Origin: a virus
Lineage: Duplodnaviria > Caudoviricetes
IMG/VR virus record: IMGVR_UViG_3300009634_000230
Coordinates: 1 to 35,703 of that record
Strand: one strand, 5' to 3'
Length of the DNA: 35,703 nt
In this document: one piece after another, positions 18,426-27,544 of the stretch
Layout of the letters: every line of letters begins with the position of its first letter
How positions within the stretch are numbered: position 1 is the stretch's first letter
Notes under the pieces: generated by a model
Told to the model about the DNA's origin: nothing
Databases searched by the model: none
The model's input: only the letters and a program-made list of their open reading frames with translations
Translations under genes and position numbers: made by a program

Positions 18426-18468
18426 TCCCGCCCTCGATGGTTGCCCCAGAGGCCTTCTATCGGGGGTC
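18426..18468. repeat. 43-bp dispersed direct repeat, copy 2
   Basis: 39/43 identity with 935-977; abuts the DUF2190 RBS. Confidence 0.85.
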
Positions 18469-18506
18469 AAATCTTAAATTTTAAATTCTTTGTTCAGCCA
18501 CAGAGT

Positions 18507-18731
18507 TTATGTCCGCGTAATCCGCCTACTGCGGAGAAGTTCGTGGCTACTTTTCACTGGTTCCGGTTCCGCTGATACAGGCGTCGCCAGCAGCTTATGG
18601 CAGTTAAAGCATTTCATCTCCCCCGGCTCATTTACTTTGCCGTGCCTTTCAGCATAGTGAAGTTTGTCGCCTTTTCGGACAAACTCCGTCTCTTGCCCGC
18701 ATTCACATTTCAAAATCAGGTTCTGTTCCAT
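18507..18731 (-). CDS. Small Zn-ribbon-like protein
   Basis: CECG...CFNC; start MEQNL after AGGA RBS. Confidence 0.55.
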   Translation of the reverse strand: MEQNLILKCECGQETEFVRKGDKLHYAERHGKVNEPGEMKCFNCHKLLATPVSAEPEPVKSSHELLRSRRITRT

Positions 18732-18790
18732 TTTTTGTTTCCTTTTTTTTAAAAATCTCAATACGAAACTGACAATCCACAATCGTTTAG

Positions 18791-20938
18791 TTACTGGTTG
18801 TTCTTCTGCATCCCGCGGAAGTCCAGCGCCTTGACGCCCACATCCAGATAAACGCGGTATGTCACGCCTAAAACATCGGCCGGCGAAGGAAGTTGCTCGA
18901 CTGTCGGCTGTTCGACGCCGTTGAGGAATCCGACCTCGATCGTATCGACTTCGCCGCCCCTGCCCGTAACGTACCAGGAAGTGGCCGAATACCCGCTAAA
19001 TGCGGAGTTCGACAATCTCGGCTCAGCGACAACCTGAAGATTATCATCCATCAGGGCGTTATAGTTGCCCCTGATGCTTTCAGTCGAAGGTGTCCCTGCG
19101 ATGACGATGGTTGTGCTGCGGGCAAGATTCATTGCCGTATATTTCAATTCAGGCGGAACAAGGATGACACGAGGCATGATTGTAATCTGGCGACCGGCCT
19201 TGTCTTTTTGCTTGATGAAGGCAGCGCATGCCGCCTGCAGAGTTGCCATCGTCAGTGCCGCACTGGTATTGAGGTTGAGGTGCGTTGTGGCGTAGAACAG
19301 CACTATTCCATCACTCATGGCGCCGTTGGCGAGCAGGTGCGTATATACGAGGTCCGAGGGCAGTTCTGCCGCCGCCCTGCCGAGCCGTTCGGGCGTCCGC
19401 GTGAATGCGCCGAGGTCATCGTTGATTATCTGCTGGCGGGTAATGCTGAACTTCTTGGCATAGGTGTCCAGTCGGTACTGTTCGTACTCTTCCTCTGCCC
19501 CGCTTTCTTTTATTTCTCCGCCGGCACCGACCTTCTCAAGCGAGCCGGTATCCGTCAGCCGGACGCGGGTCGAGAGTTTGAAGTCGGGCAATGTTCCGAT
19601 GGAGCACCAGTTCCGCCACGTGGCCGGCACAAAATTGTAGCCGCGCATAGCGCTTTTATTGGCGATTGCGCCGAGAATGAACGGCAGGGAGGCCGTCGAA
19701 AACGCCATACGGATTGTGTCTTCCCTGCCCAGCGGCACATCCCCGCCGTCGAGATTGATGGCGTACCGGCACATATCCAAGAGATTCATGTCCCTGTGCC
19801 TGCTTGCGACTTCTGCGCGTCGCTCGCCGTTTGTCTTGTCTTTCAGGATGGTATCCTCGAATCCAGCCCTGATGAGCATGGCGTCGATGATTATGTCCCT
19901 GCTGTCAACACCCTGTGAAATCACCAACCCTGGCCCTTTGACCTTTGGTCTGGCCTTGCGGATGTGTTCCAGGACAATCGTCCTGAACGCATCGACCGTC
20001 GTATCGCCATCGAGCGCCCTTTGAAGGACATCTGCCGGGACATCCTGACCGGCAAGCTCCCTGATGGTTGAGCACCTTAGCCGTTCGGCTGCAATCGCCT
20101 GCTGAGGGTCAATTGCCACGGTGGTCGCTGAAGATGTCCGCTGATTGTTATCAGCCTCAGCGGTCTTGGCCGGCTTCTTTGCCGGGTCGGACCGGGCGGT
20201 TTTGTCATCTGTTTCTGTGCCGTCGTCCGCCATCTTTTCGGCACGGGCCGTTTCGGCATCATAATCCTTTTGCAGCGATGCCCTCTGCTGCTCGCTCAGT
20301 TTGTCATAATCCAGACCTCTTGCAGCGAGCCACTGTTTGAACTTTTCCATTTGTGTATCCTTTCCCGCGTATTTACGCGACTTCGCCGCCGGGTCCGCCC
20401 CGATCGGACAAACACTATTTTCCTTCAGTTCCCATTCCAGTGAAATTCGTAAATCAATATCTGCGGATGCCTTATAATGAACGCCTTCGATGTCCGCCTC
20501 TTCGCCGGCGTTGATTATTACCGAACGTGTCACCTTGTATCCAATTGATTGGTCCCTCTGATGCTTTTCCTTCGCCAGCAACCAGGCATGTTCTGATAGC
20601 GGTGATGTACTATAATAATCACGGCCTATGATTTCCTCACCCACAATGTGCGCACCGCGAGCACTTCCTAACTGGCTCGAAACAGTTGACCGGTCGTGAG
20701 TATCCAGCAGAGGAACCTGATCGTGCAATATTCCACCTTTCAATACGAGTATTTCTTCAATTACGCTCCATGTTGCCATATCAAAGACACGTACCCGTGC
20801 AGATGTCGCGAAAACCGCCTCAATGGAGCGTGTCTTTTCGTCGAGGGTATCTAATCGCAGTGAATATATCCTGCATGTAAGTCCTGTATTATCCACAGCG
20901 TCCCTGTGAGTTAATCTGTTAATCAAATCCTTTTTCAT
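18791..20938 (-). CDS. Fused prohead protease-scaffold-major capsid protein
   Basis: N-terminal HK97-type protease (VPLLDTHDR, SIGY, ENSVCPIGADPAA); scaffold (AAERLRCSTI); Mu gpT-like capsid (ITRQQIINDDLGAF, DTIEVGFLNG, DFRGM). Confidence 0.92.
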   Translation of the reverse strand: MKKDLINRLTHRDAVDNTGLTCRIYSLRLDTLDEKTRSIEAVFATSARVRVFDMATWSVIEEILVLKGGILHDQVPLLDTHDRSTVSSQLGSARGAHIVGEEIIGRDYYSTSPLSEHAWLLAKEKHQRDQSIGYKVTRSVIINAGEEADIEGVHYKASADIDLRISLEWELKENSVCPIGADPAAKSRKYAGKDTQMEKFKQWLAARGLDYDKLSEQQRASLQKDYDAETARAEKMADDGTETDDKTARSDPAKKPAKTAEADNNQRTSSATTVAIDPQQAIAAERLRCSTIRELAGQDVPADVLQRALDGDTTVDAFRTIVLEHIRKARPKVKGPGLVISQGVDSRDIIIDAMLIRAGFEDTILKDKTNGERRAEVASRHRDMNLLDMCRYAINLDGGDVPLGREDTIRMAFSTASLPFILGAIANKSAMRGYNFVPATWRNWCSIGTLPDFKLSTRVRLTDTGSLEKVGAGGEIKESGAEEEYEQYRLDTYAKKFSITRQQIINDDLGAFTRTPERLGRAAAELPSDLVYTHLLANGAMSDGIVLFYATTHLNLNTSAALTMATLQAACAAFIKQKDKAGRQITIMPRVILVPPELKYTAMNLARSTTIVIAGTPSTESIRGNYNALMDDNLQVVAEPRLSNSAFSGYSATSWYVTGRGGEVDTIEVGFLNGVEQPTVEQLPSPADVLGVTYRVYLDVGVKALDFRGMQKNNQ

Positions 20939-20955
20939 TTCGCAACTCCATTACT

Positions 20956-21052
20956 CAAAGCAAAAAGCAGATAGCAAATAGTAAATATATTGATGCGGCC
21001 TTTGGCCGCTTCTTTATTTCTTTTTGCTTTTTACTTTTTTATTTTTACTATT
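20956..21052. repeat. Inverted heptamer arrays around a GCGGCC-ttt-GGCCGC hairpin
   Basis: Same design as 8478-8562. One arm encodes the portal C-terminus SKNKKVKSKKK. Confidence 0.75.
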
Positions 21053-22567
21053 GTTGTTGTTTGACTCATCCTGCAGGGCCGCCGCGACTGCCGCCGGCGA
21101 CATATTCTCAAAGGTAAGTCCCAGCGATTCGAGCAGGTCCTTTTCTTTTTTCCGTTGTTTGAATTCTCTCTCCCAGTCCTTGCCATCCTGTGCATATACC
21201 GCGGCATAAGTTGTTGAGCCGTTTCTAAGATTGATGTCTTTTTCGGTCGCATCTTTAACCGGGTCAACGTGCTCATCACCCGGCCAGAACCATGCGTAGG
21301 AAGGAACTTCCTGCGGCCAGTTATAATTGATGAGCGATTGTTCCCTGTACCAGGCATTTACTATCCTTGAAAGGACCGATTCTTCAATGTCGCCTCTTTT
21401 GGTATTGATGTATCTGTAAAATATCTGATGGTCCATTCTTCCCGATGCGTAGTTATAATCGGCGGAATTGGCCGCGGCGATATTGAAGGGCATGCATTTG
21501 GGTCTGGCTATCTCATTGAGTAACTCGCCTTTGAATTCCCCGTAACTTGCCGCCGGCTGTTCGGGTTTAAACTGGAACGCCTTTCCCCCCGGCGGGAATG
21601 TCAGGACTGCGTTTCTTGCAAGTTCTATTTCATCCATCGCCTCATATGATGCGCTACCATCCGGTTCCTGTTCCATCACAGCCGAAATATCAGCTGCCGT
21701 CTCCGCCGCCTGCACCGTGGCCAGTGTAAATCGGCGCAGATAAGCGAACAGAGGCAGTGATGGCGTAAATTGAGGAACGCCTCGGGTCTGGCCCGGTCTG
21801 TCCTGTTCATAATAATGAATCATATAATCGGCAGGTATTGTCTTAAATGCGCCTACCGCCAGGACAAAGGTGGCGCCGGGATGCCTGTCCAGGACATAAT
21901 ACTGCACCGGCCTGCCATCCTCATCCAGCTCGATACCGTCCCGCAGTTTTTCATCGATTATTCCGCCCGGCCTCATCCACGGTGTTGCTATTCTGTCCGC
22001 CTCGATCGCGGAAAGCCGCAATGCCGCCTCATTTTTTCGCGGCTTGGGTGTGCTGGTCAGCAGTATAAAACCCTCACCTGAGGCATCCTGTTCCAGTGCA
22101 CAGGTTTGTCTTAAAATCATTGTCAGTGACAACCGGCCTGTCAGGTCGCAATTTTCGGCCCATGCCACAAAGGCATCTTCCATTTCACGGTCTAAATCCG
22201 GATTGTCCGACTGAAATTGAATGCGCGGCCCTGTCCCTATAAGATAGGTTGCGAATGTCTCTGATATTCCTTTTGCGTACGGATTATTGCGGATTTCGTA
22301 GCGTGCCCGGTTTCGCAACGTCCGCAGGTCCCAAAGGATTGTCGAGTCGGCGTCCCTGCCATCGGCCTTCAGCCAGTGCTCAGAGTTATATTTGTTCGTC
22401 TGCGCTGCATCGTATCCTCCGCCGATATATAGAGGCGCCACTCTTTTGGTATTTACCCTTGTCCTCCGCGATTCTGAGAGCATCCTCGGTTCCGAAACAG
22501 GTGCAGTTTTTCTGCTTTTCCGTCCTCCATCCTCAGTCATCCGTCTTCCATTCGCAGGCGCTATCAT
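21014..22567 (-). CDS. Portal protein, lambda family
   Basis: LRNRARYEIRNNPYAKG, DGIELDEDGRPVQYYV, RPGQTRGVP, NYASGR and VDPVKD motifs. Confidence 0.95.
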   Translation of the reverse strand: MIAPANGRRMTEDGGRKSRKTAPVSEPRMLSESRRTRVNTKRVAPLYIGGGYDAAQTNKYNSEHWLKADGRDADSTILWDLRTLRNRARYEIRNNPYAKGISETFATYLIGTGPRIQFQSDNPDLDREMEDAFVAWAENCDLTGRLSLTMILRQTCALEQDASGEGFILLTSTPKPRKNEAALRLSAIEADRIATPWMRPGGIIDEKLRDGIELDEDGRPVQYYVLDRHPGATFVLAVGAFKTIPADYMIHYYEQDRPGQTRGVPQFTPSLPLFAYLRRFTLATVQAAETAADISAVMEQEPDGSASYEAMDEIELARNAVLTFPPGGKAFQFKPEQPAASYGEFKGELLNEIARPKCMPFNIAAANSADYNYASGRMDHQIFYRYINTKRGDIEESVLSRIVNAWYREQSLINYNWPQEVPSYAWFWPGDEHVDPVKDATEKDINLRNGSTTYAAVYAQDGKDWEREFKQRKKEKDLLESLGLTFENMSPAAVAAALQDESNNNNSKNKKVKSKKK

Positions 22568-22791
22568 CGCGGGCTCCCGTTTTTCATGAACGCAATGTTC
22601 GGCCTTCCGCCCCTGGCTTTTATCGATGCAAGATTAGCGTAATATTTTCTCGCGGCGATGATATCATCGAGATTTCTGACTGTTACGGTCCTGTTGAACA
22701 TTCTGCCGCCGACCTGGATAGTCAGCGGGTAAGCCACCTGTGATGCGATGGCCGCATCGAGAACCTCAATGATTGCCAGGTAATCTGCCAT
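22564..22791 (-). CDS. Head-to-tail joining protein gpW-like
   Basis: 75 aa just upstream of the portal with ATGA overlap; IQVGGR..TV..LDDI pattern. Confidence 0.7.
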   Translation of the reverse strand: MADYLAIIEVLDAAIASQVAYPLTIQVGGRMFNRTVTVRNLDDIIAARKYYANLASIKARGGRPNIAFMKNGSPR

Positions 22792-22797
22792 ATCCGC

Positions 22798-22867
22798 AGA
22801 ATCGGTGACTCCTTAACTTTCGACAAGGGAAATCCGGCTCAGGAGAGAATTATTACTACCGGTAGTA
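22798..22867 (-). promoter_or_regulatory. Candidate late promoter with upstream 14-bp palindrome
   Basis: TACTACCGGTAGTA at 22854-22867; TTGTCG-17bp-GATTCT, then 6 nt to the gpW ATG. Confidence 0.5.
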
Positions 22868-22904
22868 CAAAATCTGATTTTCGCAGGTTAAAAACCTCGT
22901 GGGA

Positions 22905-23120
22905 TTACTTTTCTATCACTTCTTTTGTCCTTACCCTCCGCCCGCAATAGCGGCAGATCATATATCTTCGAATAGCCCCGGGAATTTTTTTCACGTTGAG
23001 CACCTCCCACGACCGGCCATCCTCATCCTTGAAGTCCGCGCATCCGCATTTGGGACAGCGAATCCCAACGATGGGCATCTGCGATTCGGTCGATATTTTT
23101 GTTTTTTTATCCGTGTCCAT
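22905..23120 (-). CDS. Zn-ribbon protein (Ogr/NrdR-like), possible late activator
   Basis: CPKCG...IRRYMICRYCGRRVRTKE. Confidence 0.65.
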   Translation of the reverse strand: MDTDKKTKISTESQMPIVGIRCPKCGCADFKDEDGRSWEVLNVKKIPGAIRRYMICRYCGRRVRTKEVIEK

Positions 23121-23142
23121 CCGTGGAACCTATTGGTTAATT

Positions 23143-25098
23143 TCACCCTTCTTTTTTCTGCCTTTGTATCTCCGACAATTTCACCGTCGCCGCTTTCATC
23201 GCCCCCGGCTTTAAATACTGTATTCCCTTATAAAACCCCGCCGCCGCGGCATATACCCGCAGGTCCAGCGAGTGCGTCTGTGCCCCGTTGAATACCGGCT
23301 GCCAGATATATTTATACTGGCCGGATCGTTTATCGATGACTTTGACGAGTTTTTCATTGGTGAATTCCGTAAAAAAGTAGCTCGGAATTTCCGCGTATGT
23401 CTGCATCAATGGCGGCGCAATCACTTTGAGTTTCCCTTCCTCTTCAGGGTCTTCTGCCACCGTCGGTTCCGCCCAGGCCGTAACGAGGTTTTTGAAGTAA
23501 TGCGTGTCGATGTGCATAAGTTGCATGCCGCGGTACCACGCCCTGGTGTGCCGTCGTTTCCTTATGTTCGGCTCGATTGCCGCCTCTAATTCCGTCAGCC
23601 GCAGCGGCGTGTTCAGCGGTCCCTGCTCGCCCATAATCGGCAGGCTGAATCCCGGTCTGACCCGGCAATGTTCATAGACATCATCCGGCTCAAATTTGGA
23701 ATCCTCAAACGAGCATGAGACAATAAGCCACGGTCTTTTATCGTTTGGCGTCCCGTCCGACCACGGGTACGGTGAATTTATTATCACTTCATCGTATTCC
23801 TTCCAGCTCGCGGCGAAGCCGGTATTTATTACGTAATTTTTCATCCCAATCGCAAATCCGGCTACCTCGTAATCGATCCGGACGACCCCTCTTTGTGATT
23901 TGTGATAATCAGCGCTTGCAACGAGCAGTATGCAGTCGGGCGGCACGGTCCCGCGCGAGAATGTCCCCGTATTTTTCTTCACGTCCTCGGCCCGTAATTG
24001 TTTTCCGAGTTTCTTGTGTATTGTTCCCCGGATTGAGTTGTCGAAATCCATCCTTGCCCCCTGCATTATTCCCTCTTCGGTATTTGCCTCGAACCAGGCG
24101 GCCATAATCTCCGGCCAATGCATGAACGGGCTTATAAGCGCCTCGTAGTTATATCCTGATATTCTTTTTGTCTGCGTCGGCTTGCCGGAAGTATTTCCAT
24201 CGGAATCCATTTTCATCCCTTCCGGCAACCATAAGCCCGACGCGACCAATTTGGGTTTTTCAATCTCTTCGATTTTATGTCCGCAGACCTCGCATTCATA
24301 CCAGACGTCTTTTTTTGCAAGGATTTCATCCGGCTTCCGCAACTGTTTGGGCAGATGGAGGTTCTCGAATACCCATATCCTGTATTCCCCGCAGCGGGGG
24401 CACGGAATGTAATATTTGTTCTTGTTCGATTTCTCCCAGTAAACCCAGGTATATCCCCACTCGGTTGTGGGCGTGCAGCTAATCACAAATTTGCGGTCCC
24501 AGTAGGTAGTCGCCCTTTTCACCGCGAGCGCGATGGGGTTGGCCTCTCTTCCGGCAAAGGGAGGATATTTGTCCGGCTCGCGGAAAATCACATACCGCAC
24601 CGACCGTTCCGCCAGTCCCGCCGGGCTTCCCGATGCCGTGAACATAATATCCATCCGGTCCAGCTTGAAAGTATCGCCCTGCAGTTGCCGCGGGCCGCCT
24701 ATTATATGGCGGGCAAGATGCGGTGAATCGGTTATCATCTGTTTGATTCTCTTCTGCGAGACATACGGGATGTCGGCATCCCTCGGCACGACAATCAGGC
24801 AGTCGCCCGGGTCCTGGTCGATTGCGAAGCCGAGCATGTTCTCTTCTATCGTCGATTTTGCCGATTGCGCTGGCGCCATATTGACCACCCATTCGACCTC
24901 CGGGTCGCAGAATGCGTTTTGTATTTCAACCGCATAGGGCGTCAGCGATGATTTGTACTGGCCGGGAAACGCCGACCGTTCCGGCATCTTGCGGTATTTA
25001 TCCGCCAGTTCGGTCACGGTGAGCTTCTCCGGACTGCGCCAGGCCTGCCGTTCTTTTTCAGACCAGGTTTCGATATGATTGCGAATGGCAATTATCAT
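23143..25098 (-). CDS. terL: Terminase large subunit (GpA family)
   Basis: TPYAVEI, Walker A variant AQSAKST, EPDKYP, SCTPT, CPRCG..CEVCG and HSLDLRVYA motifs. Confidence 0.95.
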   Translation of the reverse strand: MIIAIRNHIETWSEKERQAWRSPEKLTVTELADKYRKMPERSAFPGQYKSSLTPYAVEIQNAFCDPEVEWVVNMAPAQSAKSTIEENMLGFAIDQDPGDCLIVVPRDADIPYVSQKRIKQMITDSPHLARHIIGGPRQLQGDTFKLDRMDIMFTASGSPAGLAERSVRYVIFREPDKYPPFAGREANPIALAVKRATTYWDRKFVISCTPTTEWGYTWVYWEKSNKNKYYIPCPRCGEYRIWVFENLHLPKQLRKPDEILAKKDVWYECEVCGHKIEEIEKPKLVASGLWLPEGMKMDSDGNTSGKPTQTKRISGYNYEALISPFMHWPEIMAAWFEANTEEGIMQGARMDFDNSIRGTIHKKLGKQLRAEDVKKNTGTFSRGTVPPDCILLVASADYHKSQRGVVRIDYEVAGFAIGMKNYVINTGFAASWKEYDEVIINSPYPWSDGTPNDKRPWLIVSCSFEDSKFEPDDVYEHCRVRPGFSLPIMGEQGPLNTPLRLTELEAAIEPNIRKRRHTRAWYRGMQLMHIDTHYFKNLVTAWAEPTVAEDPEEEGKLKVIAPPLMQTYAEIPSYFFTEFTNEKLVKVIDKRSGQYKYIWQPVFNGAQTHSLDLRVYAAAAGFYKGIQYLKPGAMKAATVKLSEIQRQKKEG

Positions 25099-25652
25099 TT
25101 ATTGTTCTCTGTGCCTTTTGCGGCTTGTTTCTTTTCAGCAACAAAGAGGTCACAAATCTCTTTTGTCGCCGTATTCACGATTGACTGGAGCAGTTTGAGG
25201 TCTCCCCCGGCCGCTCGCAGCAGTGGCGCAAGGTTTCTGCCCAGTCCGCCTAATTTTCTCCGTACCGTTATAATCTGCCTGATATTTTTTTTTTCAACAT
25301 CTTCTTTGCTTATAAGCAGCCCCTGTTTTTCCTTCAGTTCCAGCTCTAACAGTTGCGCCTTTGTCTGCTTAATATCGGCGGCTGATATTTGTTCCCGCTG
25401 TTTGTGTGGATTGATAGTCGCCCCTTCGCTGTCTTTGAACAGTTTCAGGTCGCTTTTCCGGTATGTTTTTGTGCGGTCCCGCAGCGACCAGGGCAGTCCT
25501 TTTTTCTGCCAGCGCTGGATTGTTTTTTCATCGACGTCGATGAACTTCGCAGCGGCTTTTTGCCCGACGACAATATCATCATCGATGGCGGCAGCAGCAT
25601 CTGATTTCTGATTTATGATTTCTGATTTATGATTTTTAATATTATCAACCAT
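25095..25652 (-). CDS. terS: Terminase small subunit (Nu1-like)
   Basis: HTH QKAAAKFIDVDEKTIQRWQKKGLP; KAQLLELELKEKQGLLI; overlaps the terL start. Confidence 0.85.
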   Translation of the reverse strand: MVDNIKNHKSEIINQKSDAAAAIDDDIVVGQKAAAKFIDVDEKTIQRWQKKGLPWSLRDRTKTYRKSDLKLFKDSEGATINPHKQREQISAADIKQTKAQLLELELKEKQGLLISKEDVEKKNIRQIITVRRKLGGLGRNLAPLLRAAGGDLKLLQSIVNTATKEICDLFVAEKKQAAKGTENNK

Positions 25653-25731
25653 CCGTAACAATTGTCGATTGCCGATTGCTGATTGACGATTTTATTTGGA
25701 ATCGACATTCGACATTCGCCAATCGTCAATT
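25600..25731. repeat. Heptamer arrays (tctgatt)n and inverted (gncgatt)n/(aatcgnc)n
   Basis: Five tctgatt/tatgatt units inside the terS 5' end, then a hairpin-forming pair of arrays upstream. Confidence 0.75.
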
Positions 25732-25733
25732 AC

Positions 25734-25967
25734 TTAATTTGGCAGTCCGATATGATATTTATGCAGAACGCCCCGCAATTTTTCGTTTTTCTTCATCAGG
25801 CAAAGCAGCTCTGCGGCGTTCAGCTGGTTTTGCTTATCCTGTTCGACCTTCATTCTCGCCATCATTGTCTTATGTATTTTTTCCTGCCTCAAAAACAGCC
25901 AGGCATAAAGAACGCCGAAAGCCACAAGAATTATCCCGAACAACCCGCATAACTGATTTTCTGTCAT
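25734..25967 (-). CDS. Small single-pass membrane protein with coiled coil
   Basis: GLFGIILVAFGVLYAWLFL TM; RBS AAGGA. Confidence 0.55.
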   Translation of the reverse strand: MTENQLCGLFGIILVAFGVLYAWLFLRQEKIHKTMMARMKVEQDKQNQLNAAELLCLMKKNEKLRGVLHKYHIGLPN

Positions 25968-26035
25968 TATTTTAATCCTTTATTTTTGACACTGATTAAC
26001 ACTGTTTTTACCGTGTTAATCCGTGAAATCCGTGT

Positions 26036-26266
26036 CTAAATATCTTCATCTTCTTCGATAATTTTGTCGAACTGTCCTTTTTTGAGCGCCGCAAAACCGA
26101 GCAGAAAGCATCTCCAGTACCAGCCATCTTCGCCGTGCGTCAGTTCATAAAGTCGTTGTTCGTTTATGCCCGATATTTCGCACAGTTCTCCCAGCGAGAC
26201 CTGTCTAAACGTCGTCCCGTAAACAACATCTGCGGCCGGGTTTTGTCTGTTTGTCCCTGTTTTCAT
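26036..26266 (-). CDS. Hypothetical protein
   Basis: 76 aa in operon context; RBS GAGG. Confidence 0.5.
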   Translation of the reverse strand: MKTGTNRQNPAADVVYGTTFRQVSLGELCEISGINEQRLYELTHGEDGWYWRCFLLGFAALKKGQFDKIIEEDEDI

Positions 26267-26273
26267 TGATGCC

Positions 26274-26933
26274 TCAAATCAATTTGCTTTGCACGGTGTA
26301 TCCCACCTTTATCATCATCAGCAGGTTCGCCATCGGAGACCATTTACGATGTCTGCAATAGCAAGAATGCCATTTTATCCAGTCAGTAACATCGAATTCA
26401 TTGCTGTTCCAATTTGCCTTGCCTTCGCAGGCAGCGTAGTTGCACGCCTCGGAGCAGTACCATTTCTTTTTGTCCTGGATTTCCCCGCCCGGCAGTATCA
26501 ATTTGAACAGCACGCCCTTATAATCGTAGGGCCTGCCGAGAATTGATTTTGCGGCATCGAACATTGCCTGTTCGACTGCATCGGGTACATTTACCGTGAT
26601 TTTCAGCCAGTGTTCGGGATGTTTGAGGATTTCCAGTGATGGCGCAAGCCGGACACCTGTGAATCTGCCTCGTGTCGCCGATGAAAAGCAAATGCCCTTG
26701 GAGCATCCGCCAATTTTACCTTTGTTTATCAAGAGGTCTTCTGCCGGTTTGTCTGCTCGATGGTTCCAGAATCTGTCGCAGAATTCGATTTCCTCGTGGC
26801 TGATGAGCAGTTTCTTATTGCCGAACTTCAGGCAGTCCGACTTATTTGCGAAGTAGCCGATTTCACCGATCGCCCTGCTTACCCATGAATCCCCCGGTCC
26901 CGATTTGTAAAATAAAAACCGTATCTTTTTCAT
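26274..26933 (-). CDS. Permuted papain-like NlpC/P60 hydrolase, candidate endolysin
   Basis: His before Cys: SHEEIEF ... GRPYDYKGV ... KKWYCSE; located with holin- and spanin-like genes. Confidence 0.7.
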   Translation of the reverse strand: MKKIRFLFYKSGPGDSWVSRAIGEIGYFANKSDCLKFGNKKLLISHEEIEFCDRFWNHRADKPAEDLLINKGKIGGCSKGICFSSATRGRFTGVRLAPSLEILKHPEHWLKITVNVPDAVEQAMFDAAKSILGRPYDYKGVLFKLILPGGEIQDKKKWYCSEACNYAACEGKANWNSNEFDVTDWIKWHSCYCRHRKWSPMANLLMMIKVGYTVQSKLI

Positions 26934-27055
26934 ATTCGACTCCGTTCAGCTTTTTACCATTTGCTTTTTGCTTTTTACTTTTCTTCGCACCCCATGGGGC
27001 GGGTTTTCTCATCCATAAGTCCGCCCGCCCCGTTTTCAGCCGGCTCCGCCGGTTA

Positions 27056-27535
27056 TCAGATCCAGCCGTTCTTTTTCGCCAGCGCATAACCTGCCAGGAG
27101 CAGGGAGATTATGCCTGTCCCGGTCATCGCCTTCGGCCATTCGCTTATCAACTGTTTGGTTTGTCCGGTCATTGTGTAGGTATTAAAGTACGCCTGCGCA
27201 ATCTGATTAGCGAACGCGGCTGAATTGGCATCGACCAGCCCTCCCGACTGCGCCATAGTGATTATCTGCTGGAACGCCGCCATCTTGTTCGGGTCTTTCG
27301 ACAGCTCGAGCAGTCCCGACTGCAGGCCGGATATCTGTTCCTGGGTCAGTGTGACCTGCTGATTAAGCTGTTGGATTGTCTGATTGGCATCTACAATCGC
27401 CTGATTGTACCCGACGAGGAGGCCTCCCACTCCGCTGGCGCCTGTTGTCAGGGCGGATGTTGTGCATCCGGCCATCGCCAGCATCATCGCCGCCAGCAGC
27501 ACTACAATAAGAATCTTTGTCCTGTGCATCTTCAT
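27056..27535 (-). CDS. Lipoprotein with C-terminal TM helix (u-spanin-like topology)
   Basis: Lipobox MAGC after a hydrophobic signal; Q-rich coiled coil; GIISLLLAGYALA TM. Confidence 0.6.
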   Translation of the reverse strand: MKMHRTKILIVVLLAAMMLAMAGCTTSALTTGASGVGGLLVGYNQAIVDANQTIQQLNQQVTLTQEQISGLQSGLLELSKDPNKMAAFQQIITMAQSGGLVDANSAAFANQIAQAYFNTYTMTGQTKQLISEWPKAMTGTGIISLLLAGYALAKKNGWI

Positions 27536-27544
27536 TTCCTTTCA

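Noticed and set aside
18893-19918. Long plus-strand ORFs (also 30028-30825, 2159-2779 and others)
   Set aside because: They are antisense shadows of well-supported minus-strand genes and have no motifs.
24849-24880. Inactive terminase because Walker A reads AQSAKST instead of GKT/S
   Set aside because: Lys and Ser/Thr are retained and the rest of the gene is intact, so this is most likely a tolerated variant.
26863-27087. Overlapping o-spanin-like ORF
   Set aside because: It has no lipobox, and part of it is just translated heptamer repeat (KSKKQKANGKK).
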